Shown here: piece after piece, positions 32,128-42,303 of the stretch
Layout: every line of letters begins with the position of its first letter
Numbering within the stretch: the first letter of the stretch is position 1
Source of the DNA: an uncultured Verrucomicrobiae bacterium
GTDB lineage: Bacteria; Verrucomicrobiota; Verrucomicrobiia; Chthoniobacterales; UBA10450
Direction: 5' to 3'
Length of the DNA: 64,000 nt
NCBI GenBank assembly: GCA_963815455.1
Contig: CAWFGO010000003.1
Location: forward strand, 64,001 to 128,000
Notes under the pieces: model-generated
What the model saw: only the letters and a program-made list of their open reading frames with translations
Told to the model about the DNA's origin: nothing
The model's database searches: none
Made by a program: the position numbers and the translations under genes

Positions 32128-32661
32128 TTATACGAAGCCCTCGATCTTCTCGGTCAATTCCGGCCTGTGCGCGGCAAACGATTTTTCGCGGCCAATTTTC
32201 TCCTGCAATTTCATCAAGCCTTCGAGCAATGCTTCCGGACGCGGTGGACAACCGGAAATGTAAACATCGACAGGGAGAAGCTGATCGATGCCTTGAAGAA
32301 CCGCGTAGGAGCGATACATGCCGCCGCTGGAGGCGCATGCGCCCATGGCGATCACCCATTTCGGTTCGGGCATTTGCTCGTAAATGCGTTTCACGGCCAG
32401 CGCCATCTTGTAGGTGACAGTCCCGGCGACGATCATCACGTCGCATTGCCGCGGCGAGAAACGCATCACTTCGGCGCCGAACCGGGAGATGTCGAAGCGC
32501 GAGGCGGCCGTGGCCATTAACTCAATTGCGCAGCAGGCCAGGCCCATCGGCATCGGCCAGAGCGAATTCTTGTGGACCCAATTAAGCGCAGCGTCGAAGC
32601 GGGTAAAAATCACATTACCTTCGATTTTCGAATCGTAGGCGGTCGAAAGAGCTTCTGCCAT
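32128..32661 (-). CDS. nuoB: NADH-quinone oxidoreductase subunit B
   Basis: [30 protein letters not shown]. Confidence 0.97.
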   Translation of the reverse strand: MAEALSTAYDSKIEGNVIFTRFDAALNWVHKNSLWPMPMGLACCAIELMATAASRFDISRFGAEVMRFSPRQCDVMIVAGTVTYKMALAVKRIYEQMPEPKWVIAMGACASSGGMYRSYAVLQGIDQLLPVDVYISGCPPRPEALLEGLMKLQEKIGREKSFAAHRPELTEKIEGFV

Positions 32662-32758
32662 AGCGAACCCTAGGATTAGGCACAGGGCGCGCAAGGAAAA
32701 TTCGGCCGCGTTGCAGCGAAACGCACTTCACTGTATAGAACGTGCTCTTGTTACCGTC

Positions 32759-33574
32759 ATGGCTTTAGTTCGCACGCATCTCGACCAACTCGAAAACCAG
32801 AGCATCTTCATTTTTCGTGAGGCCTATCACTTCTTTAAAAACATTGCCATGCCCTGGTCGATGGGGAAAGATTCGAACGTTCTTGTTTGGCTGGCGCGCA
32901 AAGCTTTTTTCGGCCGGGTGCCGTTTCCCGTTCTGCACATCGACACGACCTACGAATTTCCGGAAATGCTGGAGTTCCGGGAGTGGGCGACGAAGCATTA
33001 TCAGCTCAAATTGGTCGTCAAAATCAACACCGAGGCCCGGGAGCGCGGCATCGGTTACGAAACGCATGATCCCGTCACGGTGACCCACGAGCTGAAGACG
33101 GTGGCGTTGCAACAGGTGCTGGCCGAACACAAATGGGACGCGCTGATCACAGGGATCCGCCGCGACGAGGATCCGACCCGGGCCAAGGAGCGATATTTTT
33201 CACCGCGCAATGCGCAGTTCGAATGGGACTACAAGGATCAACCGCCGGAGTTTTGGGGACAATTCGCTACCACGGCGACCAAGGGCGAGCACGTTCGGGT
33301 GCAACCATTGCTCGATTGGACGGAGGTCGATGTCTGGCGTTACATCCAGCGCGAAAATATTCCGATCCCGCAGATGTATTTCGCACGGGAGGGCAAGCGG
33401 TTTCGATCGTTGGGCTGCAAACCGATTACTCAGCCGATCGAGAGCACAGCATCGACAATCGACGAAATCATTTCCGAACTGGAAGCTTCAAAGACAACCG
33501 AGCGCGCCGGTCGCGCCCAGGACCATTACGAGCGCAACGCGATGCAGAAACTGCGCGCAAAAGGCTTTCTATAA
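32759..33574 (+). CDS. cysD: Sulfate adenylyltransferase subunit 2
   Basis: SMGKDS, HIDT, GIRRDE, RAKERYFS, FRSLGC. Confidence 0.94.
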   Translation: MALVRTHLDQLENQSIFIFREAYHFFKNIAMPWSMGKDSNVLVWLARKAFFGRVPFPVLHIDTTYEFPEMLEFREWATKHYQLKLVVKINTEARERGIGYETHDPVTVTHELKTVALQQVLAEHKWDALITGIRRDEDPTRAKERYFSPRNAQFEWDYKDQPPEFWGQFATTATKGEHVRVQPLLDWTEVDVWRYIQRENIPIPQMYFAREGKRFRSLGCKPITQPIESTASTIDEIISELEASKTTERAGRAQDHYERNAMQKLRAKGFL

Positions 33575-33597
33575 TTGCGGAGCGCGGAATGCGGATT
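33575..33597. repeat. Left heptamer array flanking the four-helix-bundle gene
   Basis: ttgcgga gcgcgga atgcgga tt. Confidence 0.75.
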
Positions 33598-33610
33598 CAA
33601 GAATGAACCC

Positions 33611-33970
33611 ATGACAACACAGGAGCTTAGACAGCGCACATTCAAATTCGGGATTCGCGTGGTTCATGCCGTTGAGGCCTTGCCAAAGGGCGACACGGCC
33701 AGAGAGATCGGACGACAGCTCTTACGGGCTGGCACGTCAGTTGGGGCTAACTATCGAGCAACGGCGCGGGCAAAATCCCGCGCTGATTTTGTGGCTAAAC
33801 TCGGGATTGTCGAAGAAGAATGCGATGAAGGCGCCTACTGGATGGAGGTAATCATCGCGCTCAAGCTCCTTAGGCCTTCGCGGCTTGCCGGGCTCCAGGC
33901 GGAAGCCAATGAATTATTAGCAATTGTCGTTGCATCCATCAAAACGGCGCGTCGCGGTGCCCGGTCCTGA
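33611..33970 (+). CDS. Four helix bundle protein (23S rRNA IVP-like family)
   Basis: [44 protein letters not shown]. Confidence 0.93.
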   Translation: MTTQELRQRTFKFGIRVVHAVEALPKGDTAREIGRQLLRAGTSVGANYRATARAKSRADFVAKLGIVEEECDEGAYWMEVIIALKLLRPSRLAGLQAEANELLAIVVASIKTARRGARS

Positions 33971-33974
33971 ATTC

Positions 33975-35867
33975 ATGGAGCAGTCTCTAGATCCGCAATC
34001 CGCGATCCGCGATCCGAAATTGAAGGTCGTTTTCGTCGGTCATGTCGATCACGGCAAATCGACGCTGATTGGGCGAATCCTGCACGACACCGATTCGTTG
34101 CCCGAAGGCAAGATCGACATGGTGAAAAAAGCGTGCGCGGCCGAGGGGATGGAATTTGAATACGCGTTCGTTCTCGACGCGCTGCTGGAGGAGCAAAAAC
34201 AAAACGTTACGATCGATACGACGCAGATTCCGTTTCGCACTGCGCGGCGTCAGTACGTCATTATCGACGCGCCGGGTCACAAAGAGTTCCTGAAAAACAT
34301 GATCACCGGCGCATCCAGCGCCGACGCCGCCATTTTAGTGATCGCGGCGAACGAGGGCGTGCGCGAACAGAGCCGGCGACATGCTTATCTGCTGGGACTC
34401 CTCGGGATTCGGCAACTCCTCGTGGTGGTAAACAAAATGGATCTGGCGAATTTTTCCGAGGAGCGGTTTCGCCATATCGAAAAGGAGTACCGAAAGTTTC
34501 TTGTCGATCTTGGATTGGAGCCGCGCGCGTTCATTCCCGCCTCGGCCAAGCAAGGCGAGAACGTCGCGAGCGCGGGAATGAAAATGAAATGGTATTGCGG
34601 GGCGAGCGTGCTGGAAGCGCTCGATCTTTTCGAGTCGCGCGCATCCGATGTGAACATGCCGCTGCGTTTCTGCATTCAGGACATTTACCGATTCGACGAA
34701 CGACGGATCATCGCCGGACGCATCGAGACGGGAAAGTTGAGGGTGGGGGACAAGTTGGTGTTTTCGCCGGCCAATAAATCATCTACAATCGCTACCATCG
34801 AACGCGGGAACGGTTCGGGTGATGACGAGTCGATCGCGGGCGATTCCATCGGGGTCACCTTGAGCGAGCAGATTTTCGTCGAGCGGGGCTATGTTGCGTC
34901 GCACGAAAACGATACCCCGATTGAAGCGAACCGATTTCGCGCGGACCTTTTCTGGATTGTGCCGGCGCCGTTGCAGGTTGGCCGGCTTTACGATTTGCGC
35001 CTGGCGACGCAGGAAGTGAAATGCCAGGTGGTGTCGATCGAGGAAGTAATGGATTCATCCACGCTCGATCGCAGGACCGATAACTGTGAGCGGCTGGAAC
35101 GTAACGAAGTCGGCCGGCTAACGATTCAGACGCGGGCTCCGCTGGTTCTCGACAACCACGATCGCATCCCGAATCTCGGGCGGTTTGTGATCTCCGACGA
35201 TGGCCAGATCTGCGGTGGCGGCACGGTTTTCGGCGGGGTCTACACGGATCGCGCCGCAGTGAAGAGCCAGAATATTTTTTGGACCGAAGAAAAGATCTCT
35301 GCGCGCGAACGGGCGAAACGAAGCGGGCATCGCGGCGCGGTCATTTGGTTTACCGGTCTTTCCGGCGCCGGAAAATCGACAATCGCTCAGGCACTGGAAC
35401 GCGAGCTGTTCAATCGCGCGATGCACACCTACGTCCTCGACGGCGACAATATTCGGCACGGGCTGAACTCGAATCTCGGTTTTTCGCCCGATGATCGTGA
35501 GGAGAACATTCGTCGGGTGAGCGAAGTGGCAAAGCTAATGGCGGATGCCGGAACGGTCGTGATCACCGCCTTCATTTCGCCCTATCGAACGGATCGACGC
35601 CGTGCCCGAGAGATCGCTCTGGAAGGCAAGGCCGAGTTTATCGAAGTTTTTGTGGATGCGCCCCTGTCGGTATGTGAGGCGCGCGACCCGAAAAATCTCT
35701 ACAAGAAAGCGCGGGCCGGCGAGATTCGTGACTTTACCGGAATCGACGCTCCCTACGAAGCGCCCGAGGATCCGGAAATCGTCGTGCACACCGACCAGCA
35801 AAGCGTGGATGAATCGGCCGCCGCGATTCTGGAACAATTGCTGCCGCGGCTCAGGGCAGGAGAATAG
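33975..35867 (+). CDS. cysNC: Bifunctional sulfate adenylyltransferase subunit 1 / adenylylsulfate kinase
   Basis: [44 protein letters not shown]. Confidence 0.95.
   Translation: MEQSLDPQSAIRDPKLKVVFVGHVDHGKSTLIGRILHDTDSLPEGKIDMVKKACAAEGMEFEYAFVLDALLEEQKQNVTIDTTQIPFRTARRQYVIIDAPGHKEFLKNMITGASSADAAILVIAANEGVREQSRRHAYLLGLLGIRQLLVVVNKMDLANFSEERFRHIEKEYRKFLVDLGLEPRAFIPASAKQGENVASAGMKMKWYCGASVLEALDLFESRASDVNMPLRFCIQDIYRFDERRIIAGRIETGKLRVGDKLVFSPANKSSTIATIERGNGSGDDESIAGDSIGVTLSEQIFVERGYVASHENDTPIEANRFRADLFWIVPAPLQVGRLYDLRLATQEVKCQVVSIEEVMDSSTLDRRTDNCERLERNEVGRLTIQTRAPLVLDNHDRIPNLGRFVISDDGQICGGGTVFGGVYTDRAAVKSQNIFWTEEKISARERAKRSGHRGAVIWFTGLSGAGKSTIAQALERELFNRAMHTYVLDGDNIRHGLNSNLGFSPDDREENIRRVSEVAKLMADAGTVVITAFISPYRTDRRRAREIALEGKAEFIEVFVDAPLSVCEARDPKNLYKKARAGEIRDFTGIDAPYEAPEDPEIVVHTDQQSVDESAAAILEQLLPRLRAGE
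33991..34020. repeat. Right heptamer array (inverted relative to 33575-33597), translated in the CysNC N-terminus
   Basis: atccgca atccgcg atccgcg atccgaa at, encoding [10 protein letters not shown]. Confidence 0.8.
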
Positions 35868-35881
35868 CTGCACGTTTGCCG

Positions 35882-36331
35882 ATGCCGGATGTCGATCTTC
35901 GGATTCGTGATGCGAAACTGAGCGATGCAAGCGCGCTCGCCCTGCTCATATCGGAGCTTGGTTATGCCACGACGCCAGAGGAAATGAAATTGCGGTTGCG
36001 ATCGATTCTCGGAACTCCCGCCTACAAGACACTGGTGGCAGAAGTGGATGGCGAAGTCCGCGGGATGATCGGGACGCTTTTTCAACCCGGCTACGAACAG
36101 AACGATCTGGGCGGGCGGATCTGCGCGCTGGTCGTATCGAGGCGGACACGAAGGCGTGGCATTGGCCGGGCTCTCATCGCGGCGGCGGAAAAGGATTTTG
36201 CGGAGAAGGGCGTGAAGCGAATTGCTTTGACCACGCGCCTCGCCCGCACAGAGGCGCACCGATTTTACGAAACGCTCGGCTACGAGCGGAATGGGTGGCG
36301 ATTTGTGAAGGAACTGCCGCCTACGGTTTGA
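35882..36331 (+). CDS. GNAT family N-acetyltransferase
   Basis: ALVV..RRRGIGRALI, AHRFYETLGY. Confidence 0.9.
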   Translation: MPDVDLRIRDAKLSDASALALLISELGYATTPEEMKLRLRSILGTPAYKTLVAEVDGEVRGMIGTLFQPGYEQNDLGGRICALVVSRRTRRRGIGRALIAAAEKDFAEKGVKRIALTTRLARTEAHRFYETLGYERNGWRFVKELPPTV

Positions 36332-36338
36332 ACCGACT

Positions 36339-39300
36339 CTAGGCGACTCGCGTTGCCAGCCGGCCGCCATCGATTGACTCGCCATAGTTCACATGGCTCG
36401 AGCTAATCACCTCGTGAACGATCTTGCCGAGGTCGGCAGCTTCGTAAGGCTTGGCGATGACTCCTCGGAAACCGAAGTCTTGATAGCGGCTCATGGTTGC
36501 GTCGGTCGCGTAGCCACTGGAGACGATGGCATTCACGGTGGGATCGATTTCAATCAACTTCTTTAAAGCTTCCTTGCCACCCATGCCTCCGGGCAGGGTG
36601 AGATCGAGAATAACGGTGTCAAAACGTTCGCCGGCCTCGAATCTCTCCTGGTAAATGTTCACGCCTTCGAGCGCGGTAGCGGCCTGGGTTACCTGGTAGC
36701 CGAGCCGGGTGAGCGTAAATTCGACAAGAGCACGAATGGCTTCCTCATCATCAACCACCAGGACGCGACCGCTGCCAGTCATCGCCTGAGTGAACGTGGT
36801 TGGCGGCTCGACCGGCAGCTCCTGGTGCAGCGCCGCCGGGAGATAGACATTGAAAGTAGAACCGAGATGCACCTCCGACTCGGCCGTGATAAGGCCATTA
36901 TGGCTCTTGACGATCGAGTAACTGGTGGCCAGACCGAGGCCGTTGCCCTTCGGTTTCGTCGTGAAATAGGGATCGAAGATGCGTTTGAGATATTGTTCGG
37001 GAATCCCGACGCCCTCATCCCGGATACGGATGCGAATGTAATCGCCGGGCGGCAAGTCGGGAATAACTGGCGTGGTGGTCGAGTCGTAGCGGGTGTTTTC
37101 GCAGCTTACGTGCAGCGTTCCGCCATTGGGCATCGCCTGGTCGGCGTTGACGACCAGATTGGCAATGACCTGGCTGATCTGGCCAGGATCGATTTCCGCC
37201 GGCCAGAGATCTGCCCCGAAAGAAAATTGGCTCCGGCTGTGACTGCCGCGAAGCGAGAAACTGACCGTGTCCTGGATGAGCTTCCCAATCGAGGTGGTCT
37301 TCTTGATCGGAGCGCCGCCGCGGGCAAAAGTGAGAAGTTGCTGTGCGAGATCGCGCGCCCGCATGGAAGCATTCTTGGCATCGACCAGGCGTGTCGCCAT
37401 TTCGTCGTCTGGAGGCAGAAGGAGTGAGGCGAGCGAAATGTTGCCGATGATGGCGGTAAGAAGGTTGTTGAAATCGTGGGCGATGCCTCCGGCAAGCAAT
37501 CCGAGTTGCTCGAGTGTTTCCGCCTTTCGCCGTTCGGCTTCGTTGCGTTGGCGTTCGGTGATGTCGCGAAAAACGAGGACCACGCCCGCGACTTCGTTCT
37601 TGCTGTCGCGAATCGGCGACGCCACCTGCTCGATCGTTCGCTCGCTGCTATCGCGTGAAACGAGGGTGGCATTTTCCGGCAGGCTGAGCAGGATCGACTG
37701 CGCTTCATTGCGATATCCACTCTGCTGAGCGCGCGCTTGGGCGGCAAGATCGACAACGATGTTGAAGACAGACTTGAGGGGTTTCGAGATTGCTTCGTCG
37801 GTAGACCAGCCGGTGAGCCGCTCGGCTTCGTTGTTCATCATGATCACCCGGCCCTGCACATCGGTGGTGATAACGCCGTCGCCAATCGAGCGCAGAGTGA
37901 CGGCCAGACTCTCTTTTTCCGCGGCGATTTCTTTCTCGAACCGTTTGCGCTCGGTCACGTCGCGCACCATTCCCACATAGAATTTCTGGTCGTCCACCAG
38001 CATCTCGCTCAGCGAAATTTCCGCAGGAAAACTAACCAGCTTCCGGGTGCGCCCGAGAGCCAGGGTGGTTGAGCCTGTGCGTTTGACCATTTCTCCCCAT
38101 GCGATGGCCATCGGCTTGTCATCCGGTTCGGTTCTCGTACCATTTCGGAACCAGCTTGGTAAATTTGTACCCGACCATTTCGTTCTCGCGGTAACCGAAC
38201 ATTTTTTCCGCGGCCGGATTCATGGAGCAAATCACACCGTTCTCGTCCACCGTGATCATGCCATCGAGAATGTTCTCGATGATCGAGCGGATGCGCGTTT
38301 CGACCCCTTCCAATTTGGAAAGCTGGCCGCGGACCAGTGCGAAACTATAGCCGTTTGAAACAACCAGCAGTGCGACGGCGAGGAAAGCCAGGCAGCCAAG
38401 CACCGATGTCTTAATCACGCGTTCCCGACTCGCCGCGACTGTGCGCCTTTCGTAAGTCGATAACTCGTTCTTCTCCAGGGTGGCAATCATTTCGCGGATA
38501 TCGGCCATCAACGCTTCGCCGTCATCGCTGGAGGCGAGAGACGAGACATTCTGACTAGTGCGTTTGGCGTCCATTTCCGGGGTGGCGATGGTATTGATCC
38601 AGCGATCGAGATTTGAACGAATCTCGGCCAGTCGCTGGGCCTGTGCGGGCGCATTGGCCACCAGCACCGAGAGATAACCATCGTAAGTATAAAAGTCCAA
38701 GAGCGACCGCTTGTAGGACTCGACAAAAGTGGGCTCGCCTGTAAGCAGATAGCCCCGCTTTTCCTTCTGCATTTCCAAAACTGAGCGCTCTAGCTTGGGT
38801 AGAAAATTAAGAATTTGAGCGGACTGGGCCGACCATTCCTGTTCCACCATTCGTTGATTCAGAGCGATTTGTTCCTCATCTTGGAGCGATTGCAGGACCT
38901 CGCGGGCCTGATTAAGCAACGAATTCCCTGCTGTCACCCCCTTGGCGGCGGCTGTGATCTCCGATTTGCCCGTCTTGTCGTTGGTTCGACCGGCCTGCAG
39001 TTCCGGTAACACGCTGGCGATCCAATTTTGGACAACATCCTGCACCTTCATCAGCCGTTTGCGCTGGCTCGCGCTATCCAGGACTAACGCGGTTAACGCT
39101 TCCATCCGCTGCTTGATCGACTCCCGATGTTCGTTGAACGACGCAATGTATTCCGGCTTGTCCATTAGCAAGAATCCTCGATGCCCGGTCTCGAGCGCGG
39201 CGATGTCGTTCTCGATCAGACTGCTTAGACGCATCACCTCAATCGTGTGGGTGCGCATCACATCCTGGTAATGATTGCGAATGGTCACATAAAGAAAGAT

Positions 39301-39507
39301 GCCGGCCAGCAGGATGATCACGGTGACACCGGCAGCCGTGCCGGAGAGGACCTTGAAATGGAAATGTTGCTGGCTGAAAAGCCAGGAGGCGCTTCGGTGA
39401 AACAAGCCGAAGAGGCCCCGCTTTTTCGTATCGATCTGTTTCGGCGATCGGTTTGGCCCATTATAATTACTAGAAAGCAGGTCTCCTGCCAATCCGAACT
39501 GGCTCAC
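36339..39507 (-). CDS. Hybrid sensor histidine kinase: 2x CHASE3, 2x PAS, HisKA, HATPase, REC; apparent frameshift near 38135
   Basis: LETGHRGFLL and MQKEKRGYLLTG (CHASE3); ILDGMIT and IGDGVIT (PAS); GIAHDFNNLL; FDPYFTTK..GNGLGL; VLVVDDE. Start codon uncertain. Confidence 0.9.
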
Positions 39508-39539
39508 CGCTTCCGCGGTGCCCTAGCCCTGTAGCAATC

Positions 39540-40311
39540 TTAGTACCGAACACGCACCAGAAATAAACCTTCAGCGGGCGCCGCAACGCGGGTCGAACTG
39601 CCACGGCCGGAATCGAGCCTGTCCCGATCTGTTTAACGGTCGATTTGCCCATAGCACACTCCACCAACCCGCCCACCATCAGTCGAACCATCTTGTAGAG
39701 AAAACCATCGCCATCGAAATCTCGATCGTTACGCGCGATCCACTTCTGCGAGCCTGTACCGAATGAATTGTTCGCACCGTGTCTTGCTTTGCTGTCTGCC
39801 ATGGGATTTGGCGGATTTGCCGCGATTAGCGGCGAATCGGAGCAAAGTCGTGAGTGCCGACAAATTGCCCTTGCCGCTTCCTTTAATAATTCGAAATTCA
39901 ATGGCGCGATAACGTGCCATGCTCGCTCATATTCGAGCGGAGGCAGAACCTGCCCGGACCAAATCCTATAGCGATAAACTTTTCCCTTCGCGCGAAAAAC
40001 GCGCGTGAAATTGAGTGGAAACGTAGCGGCAACGAAGCACGCGAATTGCTGGCGGCAACAAAGCATTGAGCGCTCGCGGTCCAACGGGCGGCTGAGAACC
40101 GAGCGTTGACAACATCGACATGCGCACATTGAGCAAGCGCGTGAACCCCGGTATCGGTCCGGCCCGCTCCGTGGACCCGAGCACTTTCGCCGTTTACCCG
40201 CAGCAGGGCGCGCTCGAGATGATCCTGAACGGTGTTGCGATGGCTCTGGCTTTGCCAGCCCGCAAAGGGCGCGCCGTCGTATGCGATAATCAATTTGAGG
40301 CGTCGCGGCAT
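39540..40311 (-). CDS. truA: tRNA pseudouridine(38-40) synthase, broken by several frameshifts
   Basis: IAYDGAPFAGWQ, AGRTDTGVHA, FHARF, YRYRI, GFLYKMVR, APAEGLFL distributed over several frames. Confidence 0.9.
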
Positions 40312-40317
40312 CCGGCC

Positions 40318-40757
40318 TTAGTGCGAAGTTCCCTTCGCCATCTGCCGCTTCCTGACGCCGATCGAGATGACCTTGCAAGATCATTTGTGCCGCCACTTGA
40401 TCGACATAGCCGCGGGTGTCGCGGGTTTTCTTCCCGGCTTCACGCAACGCGCGATTCGCGGCCACTGTTGTCAGTCGTTCATCCCATGTAGCTACTTCGC
40501 ATGGAAGAAGCTGGCGCAGTTTTTCCACAAATTGTAACGCCTCGGTAGCGGCCGGGCCGATCTCGCCGCTCATTTGGCGAGGTATTCCCACAACGACTTG
40601 AGCAACGTCGCGCTCGCGGACAATCTCGGCGATCCGCGCCGCAGCCTGTTGGCCCGCTGCGAATGGTTTCCACCGGATGGGCCAACAGGCCCAGCTCATC
40701 GGAGATCGCCACCCCGATTCGCGCCTTGCCAAAATCAATTCCCAAGATCGGCTTCAT
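40318..40757 (-). CDS. ruvX: Holliday junction resolvase-like protein YqgF/RuvX; apparent frameshift near 40660
   Basis: ILGIDFGKARIGVAISD; VVGIP; WDERLTT; VDQVAAQMILQ. 3' end uncertain. Confidence 0.9.
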
Positions 40758-40772
40758 CACACGGCGACCGGG

Positions 40773-41846
40773 TCATTGCAGCTCGGGCGGGAGTTTGTCT
40801 ATCAGGTTCTTGATCTTTTCGGCCTGATGCCGGTGACAAACCAGGATTGCGTCGCCGGTTCGCACCACAATCAAGTTGTGCACGCCGAGCAGTGCAATCG
40901 TTGTCCCGTCCTGATCGAAAACGATGTTGTTCGTAGAATCGATCGCCGTGACCGCGCAGTTGGCGGCGTTTTGCTGGTCGTCGCTCTTAAAGTATTTCGC
41001 GAGCGATCTCCAGCTGCCGATGTCGTCCCAATCGAACTCCGCTTCCACTACCAGCACGCGGTCGGCTTTTTCCATGATTGCGTAATCGAATGAAATCCGT
41101 GGCAGCTTGCTGAAGCGTTCGCGCAAGACTTTTTCGAATTTTCCCGGAGCGCGAAGCTGCGAAATAAAATCCGCCAACTCGGGCGCGTGCCGGTTGAACT
41201 CGCTCAACACCGTCGGCACCGACCAAACGAACATCCCGGCATTCCATCTAAAATTGCCTTTGCGCAAAAAGGACTCGGCCAGATCGGCATTCGGCTTTTC
41301 TCGAAACCGCACAACCCGGTGAACGCCATTCTTGCCCGTTCGGTTTTTCAAATGGACCTGCTCACCTTGCTCGATGTAGCCGTAACCGGGACAGGCCCAG
41401 GTCGGTTTTATTCCGATTGTCACCAGTTCGCCGGTTTCTTTCGCCGCCTCAGTGGCCAGGATCAGAGTCTTTTGGAACGCCGCGGCGTTCGAAATCAGAT
41501 GATCGGCTGGGAGCACCAGCATTGTGGCCGCGTGGTCGCGGGCCGCGATCCAGCCGGTGCCAAGCGCGACTGCCGCCGCTGTATCGCGCTTGTTCGGTTC
41601 GGACACGATGTTTTCCTTGGGAAACGCGCCCAACAGTTTCCGCACAGCCGTTTCCTGCTCGATATTCGTCAGGATCAGAATGTGTTCGCGGGGAACAAGT
41701 CCCTCCAATCGCGCCACTGTTTCTTCCAGCAACGCCTTCTTGGAAATCAGATTCAGCAATTGTTTCGGACGCGACCGCCGGCTCAACGGCCAGAAGCGCT
41801 CGCCGCTGCCACCAGCAAGGATCAGGGCGTAGATCGAATTGGACAT
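40773..41846 (-). CDS. manC: Mannose-1-phosphate guanylyltransferase
   Basis: LAGGSGERFWPLSR..PKQ, PADH, FREKP, WNAGMF, ISFDYAIME, WDDIGSW. Confidence 0.94.
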   Translation of the reverse strand: MSNSIYALILAGGSGERFWPLSRRSRPKQLLNLISKKALLEETVARLEGLVPREHILILTNIEQETAVRKLLGAFPKENIVSEPNKRDTAAAVALGTGWIAARDHAATMLVLPADHLISNAAAFQKTLILATEAAKETGELVTIGIKPTWACPGYGYIEQGEQVHLKNRTGKNGVHRVVRFREKPNADLAESFLRKGNFRWNAGMFVWSVPTVLSEFNRHAPELADFISQLRAPGKFEKVLRERFSKLPRISFDYAIMEKADRVLVVEAEFDWDDIGSWRSLAKYFKSDDQQNAANCAVTAIDSTNNIVFDQDGTTIALLGVHNLIVVRTGDAILVCHRHQAEKIKNLIDKLPPELQ

Positions 41847-41936
41847 GTCGATGCTAAATTGAGCGCCGGCGGGATTCTCGTGACGGCATAGATTTTTCCG
41901 ATTTCTTTTTCCAAAACGCGACGTATAGGGTAGGCG

Positions 41937-42239
41937 ATGTCTCTCCCGTTATCCATTCCAAAAACCTCCGAGCAGGTTCCGCTCGACAGCTTGCTCACGC
42001 TAACGCGCACCGCGTTTGGCCTCGGCCTGGGAATTCTGGTGGCGGATAAAATAAAACAGCCGGCCCGGCAGGCGGCAGCCATCGTGCTCGTGTCCATCGG
42101 GGCGCTCGCTGCTGTGCCGTTGCTTGTGAAAGTCGCCCTGGAGCGAATCAATCGTCCCGAATCGGACCGGGGCAGCCGCGCTCGGTTGCGCTCCATTCGC
42201 GGCGCATCTGGCTATCCAAACGAGACCGGCATTTACTAA
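41937..42239 (+). CDS. Small hypothetical membrane protein
   Basis: Two hydrophobic segments; ATG start. Confidence 0.7.
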   Translation: MSLPLSIPKTSEQVPLDSLLTLTRTAFGLGLGILVADKIKQPARQAAAIVLVSIGALAAVPLLVKVALERINRPESDRGSRARLRSIRGASGYPNETGIY

Positions 42240-42303
42240 TCGGGCACTGGACCGGTCAATGCTTGATTCAAGCGGTCCGGCAGTTTAAGCCTCCTTCCGC
42301 GCC

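Noticed and set aside
33611..33970. Four-helix-bundle gene as avd of a diversity-generating retroelement
   Set aside because: No reverse transcriptase and no template/variable repeat pair is visible in the window.
39470..40738. 422-aa ORF as a RuvX-TruA fusion
   Set aside because: It is a chimera created by frameshifts in two separate genes.
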